A stretch of DNA of 64,000 nt. Origin: Felis catus (lineage: Eukaryota). This document shows positions 12,601 through 25,004 of the stretch, in pieces. The translations under genes and the position numbers were made by a program. Below the pieces are notes generated by a model that was given only the letters and a program-made list of their open reading frames with translations, was not told the DNA's origin and ran no database searches. Every line of letters begins with the position of its first letter. Position 1 is the stretch's first letter. The DNA lies in assembly GCF_018350175.1 (NCBI RefSeq), contig NC_058382.1:52516001-52580000 (forward strand), read 5' to 3'.

Positions 12601-13169
12601 CCGTCCTCTTTCCTTTGGCACAGAGAGTTATTCTTTGGTTGGATAAAGGGAACATCAGGGCAGAGGGAGGGGAAGCGCGAGTGGGTGTGTGTGGGGAGTG
12701 AGTGCCTGCCATGTGACTGTTTTCATCTGGCTCAAGTTTTCTGGAAGAGGAGCCATCACAAACAGGAGGAACAAGTTCACGGATGTCTTATCCTCAAATT
12801 GGCTAGAATGGAAGAACATCTCACAAGTTACAGACGTGATATGGACTTTCTCTAATGAATGAGCCTTGGAAATCACAGTGCGGCTGCAGGGAAGTTCATG
12901 GTCACTCTTACCATCTCCTAAGATACTGGGGAAGTCTCTCTTGGTCACCTGCCACCTGCCCCATCACCTGCCTTGTTTTTAAATACTTTAGTAAGAAACT
13001 GATAAGGGGAGAATTTTCAAGCATGAATTATAACTGGAAAATAGAGGTAAATGACTGGAAATGTACTCTTTCCATGTATTTTGGAACCATCAGCGCATCT
13101 GATTTTTTCTTTTTTCTTTTTTGGTCTCGAAGAAGGCAGATCTTTGGTGAAGCCATTGTAATGGCGTAG

Positions 13170-13330
13170 GATTTGGTGACAGACCCAGGTTCAAGACCAA
13201 ACTGTGTGGCCTCCTTCATGTCATGTCCCCTTAGCCTCCCCTTGGTGAAACATGGCTCGCAGCGTTTCCCTTGAAGAGTTCTCGTGAAGATTAGCATTAA
13301 TATATGTACAGTGTGTAATTTTTAGTAGGC
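13170..13330 (+). mobile_element. MIR
   Basis: 'cagacccaggttcaag...gtgaagattagcattaatatatgta...gtaggcactc'. Confidence 0.6.
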
Positions 13331-13369
13331 ACTCCACAAAGGGTGAACCTGAGCCTCCACTCCGGGCCC

Positions 13370-13555
13370 AGAACTGTGCCAAGTGTTTACAGGGATGGTC
13401 ACACCGAATCCTCGGAACCCTCATCAAAATAAGTGTGATTACTATTATGCATATTTAACAGATGAGGAAAGCAGGGTTTCTGGAGGCAGTTGACTTGCCC
13501 AAGATCACACAGAACCAAGTGTAGTAGCTGGGATTTTAATCCAAAAGCTCTCCAA
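13370..13555 (-). mobile_element. MIR
   Basis: 'acagatgaggaaagcagg...gacttgcccaagatcacacag...gctgggattttaatcc'. Confidence 0.85.
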
Positions 13556-13571
13556 GCTTGAGTCGTACTTT

Positions 13572-13773
13572 AAAAAAAATTTTTTTTAATGTTTATTTTT
13601 ATTTTTGAAAGAGAGTGCGAGCAGGGGAGAGGGGCAGAGAGAGAGGGAGACCCAGAATCGAAAGCAGCCTCCAGGCTCCGAGCTGTCAGCACAGAGCCCG
13701 ACGTGGGGCTCGAACTCACGGACTGCAAGATCATGACCTGAGCCGAAGCTGGACTGAGCCACCTAGGTGCCCC
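13572..13773 (-). mobile_element. Can-SINE (feline)
   Basis: Consensus-like body; TSD gagtc(g/a)tacttt at 13560-13571 and 13776-13787. Confidence 0.95.
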
Positions 13774-14814
13774 TGGAGTCATACTTTTGACAGGAGTCAT
13801 ACATACAGTGTAGTAAGCTTAGCATTAAAAGGGGGAAAACTAGCACTTCTATATTCATTCTCTACCTACTTAAATAAATATTTATAAAAACTCACCTCTG
13901 CAAACTAAAATACTTTAAATATTTAATCTGACTTATTGGTTATTTATTTCACGAATACGTTTATGGGGCTTGCCATGTTCCAGGCACTGTTCTATGCACT
14001 TACAGCTAGTAATTTATTTAACCATATAACAAATATTTATTTTGAGAGCAAGCACAAGGGTTTATGGAGTGGTCTAAGATGCTGGCAGACCCAATCCCTA
14101 GTGCTTACAATCGTATAAGTCCCTGGGCACTAGCCCATGAACGAGTTTTAAAAATATGAATAAATTACATTTTTAATAACATGATTTTTCTGATCATACA
14201 TATGGCATACTCACTATAAACAATTTGGAAAATATAAAAAGTTGCATAGAAGAAAAAAAAAATTGAGCCCTTATAATCCCGCCGATCCAGGATTTTAATG
14301 GAAAGAGAAAACACATGATCTCGTACAAGGAATATTTTCCAGGGTCTTCACTTTGCTTGTTTTAAGAGTCTGAGAGTAATTCAGAGGTTGCTACACCACA
14401 AGCCAATCCAGGGCAGTAACTAGGTTGAGAACCCTGAGCCCCACGTCTTCCTTATGTAGCTTTGCTGTCTTATTTTGAGTGCATAGAAAAGTAGCTGCAA
14501 ATGCATCATTTATCAGGACGTTTGCTATGCACCAAAACAAAACATAAAAAAATGACATTCTGCCACCCCCAGAAGAAGTCGGTCTCCGTCCTTTGACCCC
14601 CCCCTCCCCCTCGCTGCCCCCATTTATATCATGTCACTTGGGTCTTGGTTGCACGAACTGTTATCAGCCTTCAGGATTTACTATTTTCTTTACCTGGAGA
14701 CTTCCTCTTGCAGAAATGGGATCGCGTTTTTGAAAAGCTTCTATCCCCCCAGTGACTAGTGGGGTTTCATCACCAGGAAAGCACATTGTTCCAGCTCTAA
14801 AAGTCTACGGTCCA

Positions 14815-15100
14815 AAATCATCATCATGTATTTTCATCAGAATGAAATATCGGGCGCTCTGCTCAGTGCAAGGTTTTATTAATGATGTGCTGTCAGGGGC
14901 TGGATGTTCTGCATATTTGCATATTAAACAGCTGAGTGAAGAAACATTCCTTTTATTGCTGCAGGGAATAAATCAGTTTAAAGCAAGTTCTCATCATTTA
15001 TACTCCTTTCAGCTAAGTCTTCTTTTATTGAAATAAATTGTTGAAGTGCTTTGCTCATTCTTTGAATACTGATGAAATTTACCTTGATAGGACCTCAGGA
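14815..15100. promoter_or_regulatory. Candidate conserved enhancer (MEIS, octamer and PBX-HOX motifs)
   Basis: CTGTCA 14890-14895, ATTTGCAT 14915-14922, ATAAATCA 14968-14975, several TTTATT in repeat-free sequence. Confidence 0.45.
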
Positions 15101-16204
15101 AAAATAATATTTTCTTAAAGGTGCAGTATTGTTCCATTTTTGAGTATTACTTTAATACATTATTGATAAGATAATTTAGAAATAGCAAGTGAAAGGGGAA
15201 GAAAAACAGTTTTGAATAAAGACAGTTTCCTCTGGATGATTTTTCCAAATGCATTTTTATTGGTGGAATGTACGCAGATTAAAAAAAAAAAACAATAAGC
15301 AACCGAAAGTACTTTTATTGTTTTAATGAACGATCAGCTGTTTTCGCCTTCAAATCCCAGTAGGCAGTGTATTCCATCCACATACAAGGACACAGTGTTT
15401 CCCAGATCCCTAAGCTCACTGTCCCCTGGGCAGACACACAAGAGGCCCCCAGAAGGCAGGCTATTTTCAAATATGAATTATACTCAGCCTCGGGGTCAAG
15501 GGCAGTGGCTGTGTGACAGGCTCCTTGCAAATGTTTTTGGTTCTCTGTCTACTCTCGGCCTATCTGTTCCAGAGGTTGAAAGCTCTGTTCAGACCAAATA
15601 CATCCTGAAAATATATTTTAAACAGTTTGGATGTTTTCTTAACAAATGTTTAAGCAAACATGATATGTTCTAATTGCCTGGCGGCATTTTAGAATTGGAA
15701 AATGTCACGTAAAAATCCAGCCTCTGAACGTCTCTCAAAAAGACACAAGATCAAACGGTCCTGAGCCTGTTTCATCCCGGGCTGCTGAGGCAGGTGACGT
15801 GGGGACGGTGGGGCATCTCTTATTGTGGTGCCCAGGTCCCCACCACTCCCCGTCATGTAAGTGGCCTTAGCCCTTTCTGATTCCTGCCTGGGGCCTGTGA
15901 GCATCCATTTTTTTTCATCCCCGGTCTATACCTTTGCTCTTGGCAGTGACCTCAGTTATATAAAGCGCTTGGGCAGTGCCTGGAACATGATAGATATCAG
16001 TAAGCATCAGCTGGCATTAACATAGATGAAATCATGGGAAGTGAGGTTAGCCAGTGAAATCAGTGTGGTTGGGTTTTTTTGTTGTTGTTGTTTTTTTGTT
16101 TTTTTTGTTTTTTTGGTTTTTTTTTGTGAAATCCTTCAGAGAACCAGGCACTTCTTTGGCATACAATTTCCTGTTTTCCAAATTAATTTTATATCAAAAA
16201 AGTT

Positions 16205-16560
16205 GCCCTCTCAACTCCTTCAAACCTTTGCTCAAATCTCTCCTTCTCAGGGACGCAATCCCTGACCACCCTATTTAAAATTGCAGATTTTCTTCCTGAA
16301 ATTTGCTCTCCCTGAATCTTCCCTGCTTTACTCTTCTCTGTAGCATGTATTGAGGGACACCGTTTCTTTCTTTTATCCGTTCCTTTGGTAATTGTCCCAT
16401 TCCCCTCTGCCACTGGAAGGTGAACTCCACGAAGGCCCAGGGATTTGTTTGTTTTGGCCCCTCCTGTGTTCTGAGTACCAATGCCCATGCCTGACACTTA
16501 GCGGGTATAGTAGGTGCTCAATAAATATTAAGTAAATGGATGGATGGATGGATGGGATGG
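16205..16560 (+). mobile_element. L2 3' end with (GGAT)n tail
   Basis: 'ttgctcaaatc...ccctgaccaccctatttaaaattgc...taggtgctcaataaatatt'. Confidence 0.9.
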
Positions 16561-16597
16561 ATTTGCTTATTACAGATTGGCCTCAATCTTTACAGAA

Positions 16598-16900
16598 ATT
16601 CGGTTCAACAAGTATTTATGTGAGTACCTAGTATGTACAGGGCCCTGTGCTGCTTGCATCGTGGAAGGAAATGATGGGCAAGGCAGAGGTCCGTTGCTCA
16701 GGAAGCCACGGCCATGCCCACAGTCCATGCTGAAAATACAATAATTGTAAACAAACTGTGATGTGCATCCTTGAACATCTACGCCTAGCATAGGCGTAGA
16801 CAGGGATCTATAGACTAGGAAAACTCAAGTAGACTAAGAGGGCAGTGACATTTTGGCAAATAAGATTGAATCTGAAATAGGCCTAAAGGAGGGTCAGGAT
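16598..16900 (-). mobile_element. L2 3' end
   Basis: 'ttcaacaagtatttatgtgagtacctagtatgtacagggccctgtgct'. Confidence 0.7.
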
Positions 16901-17744
16901 TTTGACTAAGGGCTAGAAAGGAGGGAACTCACCTTCTGCCAGCCCCTTTTATTGGCCAGACACAGGGTCAAGGGCTCAGGGAAGCCCCATGTGAGTCACT
17001 GTTCTTCCCATTTCACCCTGGAGATTACTGAGGCTCAGAGAGGGCGAGCCACGCCCCCCCCCGGGGTGGCAGTGCACATGTGGTCACGGTGGGCAAGGTC
17101 GTGGACCACGCTGCCTCCCGTGTCAGGGAGGTGGGAGAGCAGGGATGCAGGCAAGTGCAGAGCTTGCTTCTAGAACCTCAAGACTGCCATCTGATACAGC
17201 TGCTGGGGGGAGGCACCGTGTCTTGAACATGGTGATGGATTTGGGGAGGATGGTGTCCCCCGCTGGCCCGCCTTGTCTGTCCCGACAGATGTCGTTCAGA
17301 GGTACCTGACATCCTGGAACCCATTTCTCATCATGGCAGTGGTGATGGGGGGAGGTCGAAAGGTGGGGCAGACCTAAAACATTAAAGAATGAATAGAATA
17401 TCGACACGAGCTTTTTTTTTTCTTTTTCTTTTTCTTTTTTGGTTAATCTTGAAACAGTAAAAATCTCTGTTTCTGTTTCTCTGCCAGGAGTAGTAGTATT
17501 TCCATATAAATCATTTGTGACAGAACTCCTTATTTTTACGCGGAAAATGTACATTTAATAATAGCAAAATAAAGTCCAAACATCGCTGCCGAGAGAATGG
17601 CAGCACTGGTCATTGTCTGGAGAAAGAGATACTCAGAAGCAGCTTTCTTAAGGGGCCGCAGTCATTGCTGTTGTCTTTGCTGAGAACAATGGCTCTCTCT
17701 GGTCTACCTACTCAATGGCAGCTGAGTGCTTTTGTGCCTTGTAA

Positions 17745-17900
17745 ATCTGGAGCTGCAGACCAGGGTTAAGACCCCAGCCCTACCACTAACTGGCTATGTG
17801 AGCTGGGGTTCATTATGTTGCCTCTGGAAGTCTCCATTTTCTCATCTGTGAAATGGGCATATTGTTAGCCCTTGCCCTTACAAGCTTAGAAGGGAAGTTT
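17745..17900 (+). mobile_element. MIR
   Basis: 'cagaccagggtt...ccactaactggctatgtg...ttctcatctgtgaaatggg'. Confidence 0.8.
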
Positions 17901-17913
17901 AAATCAGAGGCAT

Positions 17914-18118
17914 CTAGAGTTATCCAATACATAAGGTAGCCATTGGCCACATGGGGCTATTTAAATTTAAACTAATTAAAATTTAAATAAAATTAAAAAT
18001 CTAGTCATACATTTCAAGTGCTTACCAGCCAAATGTGGCCGGTGGCTGCTACTACATTGGGTAGCACAGATATAGACCATTTCCATCTCTGCGGGAAAGT
18101 TCTTTTTGCGCTCTTCTA
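17914..18118. mobile_element. MER3/MER33-type hAT DNA transposon
   Basis: 'gtagccattggccacatggggctatttaaatttaaa...catttcaagtgct...gcacagatatagaccatttccatc'. Confidence 0.85.
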
Positions 18119-18554
18119 AGGTACTTAGCTCAGTGTTTGCACACTGGATGCTGTATTGGTTCTTGATTTTATTCTCTTTAATTTATATGGGAAAAGAAAA
18201 AAAAAGGAGGCATCCTCCATACCTGAATCAGAGCCCCTGTAATCATCATTTGAATAAATTGGAATTGGTAACCACCCAAGGGCTCCCCCATATGCAAAAA
18301 AGGAAGTTGAGTGTGGTCATACAGTGTTTTGCCCGATAAGACAGAGAGTCTCTGGGGAAAGACTGGGGCTTGAGGGCTCCCAGTCCTGATCTCGGAGGAA
18401 TCCCATATTGCAGGTGTTAATGTGATTAGGCCAAGCCTGGCTCCTCGTTAATTACCTGGCATGGGTAGGGCCGTTTCCAATACTCAGCACAAACGTTTTC
18501 ATGTTGATTCTGCCACTCACTAGTTCCCCGGCCTTGGAAAGTTACTCTCTAAGA

Positions 18555-18743
18555 CAGTGCTTCTTTTCTTAAACTTTTCTTGGCATGAGAATGCTCTGGA
18601 GGGCTTGTTAAAACACAATTCCTGGGTCCCACCCCCAGAGCCTCTAATGCTCTAGGCCTGGGCTGGCGTCCAGGACTCCCCATTTCTAGCAAGCTCTCAA
18701 ACAAATGGTGGTGTTCCCAGCCCTCGGCCACACGTGGATCAGC
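18555..18743. mobile_element. MER5A-like DNA transposon
   Basis: 'ctggagggcttgttaaaacaca...cccacccccagag...catttctagcaagctc'. Confidence 0.8.
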
Positions 18744-19582
18744 CTTTGTTTGTTTGTTTGTTTGTTTTCAGCCTCTCTTTCTTCTTTTGTAAAGAGGTAC
18801 TCTTCAAGTCCATAAGTATTGTAGGAATTGAGGAAATGATTGTATGTGGGATCTGCTATTACTATTATTTTATTTTTACTAATTATTATTTTTAGACTCA
18901 CAAATCAAGATCTGCTAGAATAGCTTGATATTTAAAAATCGGGCCTAGGGTACCATGCTACTGTTCTCTGATGGACTTATCTTGGATTTAAGCCATTAAA
19001 GAACTTTACTACGCACAGTCGTTCTGGATCAGTGAGGATACGTGTGTTTCCATGCGTGCAATCAGTATCACTCCTGAACCAGGTACTTCTCCCTTTCAGG
19101 GTGGTTAGGAACTGATGTCCCTTGTGCCACTCATTCTTCTACAGGTGGGAGGAAGGACAACACTCTGATGTACTTGCCCACCGCTGACAGTGTAGTCGGT
19201 ACCTGTGGGTAATGCAAAGTGGGTGTTCTGGAAACACATGCTTTTGTGATTGGCCGTCAGCTCCAAGGGGGAGACAGATCATCACCGAGTAGAGGATGCT
19301 ATGCGGATGACATTTCTGTTTTGGGATTGGAAATTTTAATAAATGAGTCTCTAGGCTGTTCCAAAAGAAAGCAAGGAAGGCTGAGCCATTCAAAATCTAG
19401 GATTCAAGTCCAGATGCCATGTTCCTCTGTTCCATCCTTGAAATTTTTCCAAAATCCCTTTCAAGTTTCCAAAATGGCAGGTGGGGAGACATGCTGAGTG
19501 TGACTTGTGCTTATTTTTAATGCCTTCGATAAGCCACGGTCTTCAAGGAGTTGTGTGAGTTTTGATATTAAATATCCTAACG

Positions 19583-19825
19583 GGGGCGCCTGGGTGGCTC
19601 AGTCGGTTAAGCGGCCGACTTCGGCTCAGGTCATAATCTCGCGGTCCGTGAGTTTGAGCCCCGCGTCGGGCTCTGGGCTGGTGGCTCAGAGCCTGGAGCC
19701 TGTTTCAGATTCTGTGTCTCCCTCTCTCTGACCCTGCCCCATTCATGCTCTGTCTCTCTCGGTCTCAAAAATAAATAAACGTTAAAAAATAAATAAAAAA
19801 ATAGAACAGTTTAAAAAAATAAAAA
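19583..19825 (+). mobile_element. Young feline Can-SINE, full length
   Basis: 'ggggcgcctgggtggctcagtcggttaagcggccgacttcggctcagg'; 13-bp TSD 'aaatatcctaacg' at 19570-19582 and 19826-19838. Confidence 0.97.
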
Positions 19826-21242
19826 AAATATCCTAACGGTAGTGGTTTGAGCCTTAAGAGCTCATTATGACATACAACTCAGATTCTCCGAGTGTCTTAC
19901 TTAGGCTTTTTCAGTCACAAGGAGCCAAGTCCTACTATGTCAGTTATTCTAAAAAAACAAAAAAGGTGTACTGTAAGGGATCTTGGCAGGTGAGGAAGCG
20001 AGGCCACTCTAGGTACCTGCCCCTATGAATCCCTCCATGTATTTGCTGTATTCTCTTTTTCTGATTGGCTCCTTCCACCACTGGTAGATTTATTTAGATT
20101 TGCCCCCTCATTCCGCTTGCCCAGAATTTATCTCTCCTTTTTGCTCCAGACGGGGCAACTCAGCTCTACCTCATGGCACGTCTTCATGAGCTGTGCCTGC
20201 CTCCGTAGGCTCAGGGTACGTTTCCTGATTACCTGAGTGCAAGAATTCAAGGATAGGAGTCCTCTTTGCCATCGGTAAATCGCAGCCCAGGCTTTGGGGT
20301 TGAGTGCCCCTGGCTCAGATGCAAGTGGACCGGGGGTCTGTTCAGCTGTACTCAGAGTGGGGAAGGGATAGTGTCAGCTGATAAAGAGCTCGCCCACCCA
20401 GGTGGGAGGCCCATGGATTCCGGGCCTTTCCCTTAGAAGGACAAGTGAACGGGAGCAGGCATGACTGGCCTGTCCAGCGTCCTGAGGTTTTGCAGTTTGG
20501 GGCCAGCTGAGTCGGAATGGGGGCTGCAGCATGTTGAGTCAGACCAGGTCCAGAGTCCTCTACACCCCACCCGCTTACAGTTGCCTCAGATTTCTTAGCG
20601 GGTCTTCACGTGGTGCAAGCATGCCTGCTGGGGGGCTGCTGCTCACAGCCACAATGTCCCTAGGGATGGGGGTGCCACGTGGAGCCTCTCAGAACCTCAG
20701 GGAAGGCTCCCTGCTAAAGACTGGGAAGGGCCCTGTGCAACCAGTTGACTTCGTCGGTCATCTTTCCCCAGGTTAGTCTCCATTTCAACTGGTTTGAGCT
20801 GTGATTAGAATGGGCCCCATTGTATCCAACTGTAGAGATGCCACGCTCATCACCCAACTGTGGTTCTCTTCATTCCCATCTGTGTTTCAGCCAGGCGCTC
20901 ATGTCTTCAAAAAAAGAGAGGGAGCCAGAAAGTAAAACAGGCAATTGACTCCTCTTAACAGTCGGAGCATGGAGGAGCTCACTAGTATGGACGGAGGCCT
21001 GGGACGACACATGGGCGTTAGCGTCTTATGCCCGCGTCCGTGAAAAGCGTATCACGGGCTTCTTTCGGGAATGTCCCCACTCTGATTTATTTTCTGGGCC
21101 GTCTTTCGCCCCCAGCCTTACAGGAGACTGTTTTCTCTTTGACCTCCGTTGTGACCTGGTCCACCCCCTGAGATAATTACCGTCCGGCCTCTTGGAGTCT
21201 CCACTTCACACTGCAGCAAGATGACTAGTCAGAATTTCCGTT

Positions 21243-21462
21243 CAGATTTTACGACCCTGGGAGGGAACGGGAAAGATCTATGAGGTCATCTTGTCCGTCC
21301 TCAGCCAGGGTAGGATTGTTCCCTAATGGTGCAGTCAAGTGTTTGGTCCAGTCTCGTTTCAAATGACTCAAGCGATAAGGCCCCGGGACCTCCCTTGGGA
21401 AGCTGTTCTGCAGCCTAATAACTCTCTCTGTGAGAGTTTTTCGTGTGTATGTGGCCAATATT
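21243..21462 (-). mobile_element. CR1/L3 LINE 3' relic (ORF2 C-terminus plus 3' UTR)
   Basis: Minus-strand translation RKTLTERVIRLQNSFPREV, then after a frameshift SLESFETRLDQTL, matches the CR1 ORF2 end motif; 'gaggtcatcttgtcc' matches the CR1 3' UTR. Confidence 0.8.
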
Positions 21463-21680
21463 CAGAGTCTGACACAATCAGGCTATAAAGAGCTAAGCCT
21501 GTGTAGGGTAGCTCTTCACCTAGGAGTGATCTCGAAATAATCGCTTTTGTAATAAATCTCCATCCAGCGTGGGGGGTTAAGTGCAAGTTACAAGGAGACC
21601 TAGGGACTATTCATCCCAAACTGCAAGTATAGCCCCCAAAATGAGAATTAATGCTGAAAAGCTACCCCATCCACCAACAG

Positions 21681-21684
<4 letters not shown>

Positions 21685-21742
<58 letters not shown>
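21685..21742. repeat. (TA)n followed by poly-T
   Basis: Directly visible. Confidence 0.97.
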
Positions 21743-22284
21743 GCTTATGTAGTGCTAAATGCAAAAGCAGAGAAGCTTTTTCTATTGACTGCTTAGGACC
21801 AAGTTCATAGCTTCCCTCTTTGAAACTCTTCTGACAGTTGCCCCCTCATTCTATTTGCCAAGGATTGAGATCTTTGTTGGCCCCATGTGTATCTCCCATG
21901 GCAGGGGAAAGGCCAGGGGGGGTCCATCTGTAATCTTGGTCGCTGTCGAGAGCCTGGTGGGAGGTTAATTATTGCTGGGGAAAAAAATCTCGGGGTGGCA
22001 CTGAGGAGAGAAGAAAGAACAAAAGAAAGGGGGAGAGAAAGGGCACAGAGGAGGAGGAAGGAGAAGAGGAGAAATAGAAATCGGAAATTAGAAATAGAGA
22101 TGTAAGTAAAACAAAAAAGAAAGGGAAGAAAGAATGGGGGAGTGGATAAAGGGAATGGCACAAAGGAAAGGAAAAGAAAGTGAAAATCGATTTGGGATCT
22201 ACAGACTGGGAACAGACCTCCGTGCTGTGACCGTCAAAGGCTCCCTTGTTATTTCATCTTCCCCACACTGCCACTGCCTTAGGA

Positions 22285-22476
22285 ACCCGGTTCCTGCAGA
22301 GCATGGTTTCCAGACCAGCAGCATCAGCATCACCTGGGAATTTGTTAGAAATTCAGATTCTCTGCCCCCACCCCAGACATCTTGAATCAGAAGAACTAGG
22401 GAGGGGACCCAGCCATCTAGGTTTTCACAAACCTTCCAGCGGGTCCTGACACATGCCCAAGTTTGAGAACCACTTC
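22285..22476. mobile_element. MER5A
   Basis: 'ccagaccagcagcatcagcatcacctgggaatttgttagaaat...aagtttgagaaccact'. Confidence 0.9.
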
Positions 22477-22620
22477 TATAGGACTTCCTCCCACGGGTCT
22501 CAGGCTATTTGTACGATCTGCCTGACGGTTGGGAGGCATTTATATTTATAGGGAACTCTACCATGCCCCTGTCTCATGCCTTCTGCAGCTCTCCAATAGG
22601 CAGAAGTTGACCCACAGACT

Positions 22621-22813
22621 GGGGCAGACTGGGTGACTCATGATTTCGGCTCAGGTCGTCTCACAATTTGTGAGATTGAGTCCCGTGTCAGGCTCTGTGC
22701 CAACAGCACAGAGCCTGCTTAGGATTCTCTCTCCCTCTCTCTGTGCCCCTGCCTCGTGCGTGCTCTCTCCCTTCTCTCTCCCTCTCAAAATACATAAATA
22801 AAAAAAAAAGAAG
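22621..22813 (+). mobile_element. Can-SINE with a short internal deletion
   Basis: SINE body and A tail; TSD agaagttg(a)cccacaga on both flanks. Confidence 0.9.
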
Positions 22814-24604
22814 AAGAAGTTGCCCACAGAAACCAGTATCTCTGGCCAGGAGACAGACTTCATTTTTTGAAATTCACCGAGGAAAGGCGAAGTCCTTCTT
22901 GCCTGGACCACACACAATCCCACGTGGTAGCATACAGATTCCAGGTCCAAGCAGCTATGGCCGGGGCCGTGCAAATTCTGCAGGATGTCGGGATGTGTAT
23001 CTGAGAGCTTACGTTTCCCCACTTGGCGTGTCATGGCAAGAAGAGAGTCGGGATCATTAACGACTTCATTTTCATTTTTATTTTATCACTTAAAACACTT
23101 CCAACGAGAGTACTGGCAACGTAAAAGGTTGTACGTGGAGTTGCCACCCAAATTAGCACTGTTTCGTTCCCATCCATTCACACGGTTCCCTTGCCTTCGC
23201 TCATGATATAAGAGCAAACCCCAGTCGCTTCAGGTAGATACCGGAAATATGAACCTAATATGTCATTGGCTTTCCTATGGCATAATTATAATGTAGAATC
23301 CACATCCTTATGCCAAATGATACTTTTTAGGTTCGAGCATTATATTTATCAAAAGAGGAGAATTGAAAATGTAAACATCCTCCCTTCGTTTTCAACATGG
23401 ACCATAGTTGTTTAGGGTTTTGTTCTATTGCACACTGATAAATATTTATCATGGTTAAGTGAACAATCATTTGGAGACAGATACCATTTTATGATGCAGC
23501 TTTTCAGGGCGTCCTAATTGTGACTCTGCCTGGCCGTTTTATGTTTTATCGGAATATGCAGGCATATACTTTATGAGGTTGGGTAATGAAGAGAGAGAGA
23601 CCCCAATAAACATATTTGCTAAGAGTAATGGTTATCTATAGCTCAGCAACCCTTGGTTAGCATAGCCTCCATTACACAATACAAGGCAAGCAGTTCATAG
23701 CTCAATTAGACCTAACTTGCTTCATTTTTAGGCATTACGTTATTCTAAATTAACACTATATTTCATATTCTGCAGGTCTGACTATTAGCCGGATTTTGGA
23801 ACCTTCGGGGTTTATTACTTAGTAATCCCTGAAGCTCTAAAGCAGGCATTTCTAAATTCATACATTAGAACAGATTAAAAATTAGCTGGAAAGGCATGTT
23901 AAAATAGCCACTCCCTTTCTTCTGCTAATTGTGCTAGCAGAAGTGAAAAAGAAAATGTTAAGTGAGGTCAGATCTGGTATGGCACAAATGAACTTGCTAC
24001 CTGGTTTGCTGCTGATTGCTGCTGAAATCAAGCACACTGACCAGGAGTTTTGTTTTTGGGTTTTTTTGGTTTGTTTTCTGTTTGTTTTTTAGTCCATGCT
24101 TTAAGGTTTTCGTAATAATAATCCATGTCAAATGTAAACTGGAAAAAAAAAAGTGACAAGACCTGCAAATGTTTTGAAAATGGTGACTAGTTTATTCCTA
24201 GAAAACATCTGTGTTTCTTCTTGTTGCTTTATCCTCATTCTTAGCTGTTAATCAGAAATAGAAAACTTACCTGAAAGGTTAATTCACAAAGATCATTCAT
24301 GATGCTTCAGTGTATCAGTTGCTGTTTTCTTTACCTTTCGTTTTTTTTAAAGAAAAGTTGTGACAGCTCTGACTTTTCCAAGTCCCCACGCACCCATTTC
24401 ACTTCTCTGTTTCTCCGTCCTCTGTCGCATTCAATCACTGTAGTTGGAGAACGAAAGATTCTGCCTTCATTACAGAAACTTTAGACCCTGGCCCCTAGTT
24501 CTGTCCTCGGCGCCTAGCTTCTCTGCTCTGCTCACTCCAAATCCCAGGTCCTTCTGGCCCGCTGTCCCTCACCCATAGGCAGTCTTACCCACCCTACCCC
24601 ATCC

Positions 24605-24810
24605 CCGCTCCCTGGGAAATTTGGCAATATCTGGCGGCATTTGGGTTGCCATGAGTTGGGCACGTGTTGGGAGAGGGAAGGTCCTGCAGGCATCTTAGTG
24701 AGTGGAGGCCAGGAATACTGCTCAGCACCCTACAGTGGCAGGACAGCACCCCCCTCCCCATTTTCCAGCCCTAAAATCTCAATAGTGCTCCCCCCTTGAG
24801 AAGCCCTCGT
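24605..24810 (+). mobile_element. MER20
   Basis: 'atttggcaatatctgg...gtggaggccaggaatactgctcagcaccctacagt...aaaatctcaatagtgc'. Confidence 0.85.
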
Positions 24811-25004
24811 CTAGCCATGCCTGACCACTGGAGGGCCACCAACCTGTGCTTTCTGCTGCCATCCTGTCTGCTTGCCTTGAATTTCCCTTTGCTGATGCCT
24901 GCTCATGCTCCCAGAAACACCCGAGCGCTTAAACAAGGCTGTTTAAGAAAACTTTGCCGACTCCCATAGTGTCTGTGGCAGTTTCTACCCTCTCTTCTCC
25001 CCTG

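Noticed and set aside
20860..20945. Acceptor-like 'tgtgtttcag' followed by purine-rich sequence
   Set aside because: No convincing donor or recognisable reading frame downstream
23919..23943. 9-bp inverted repeat cttctgcta/tagcagaag
   Set aside because: Short enough to arise by chance; no RNA gene features
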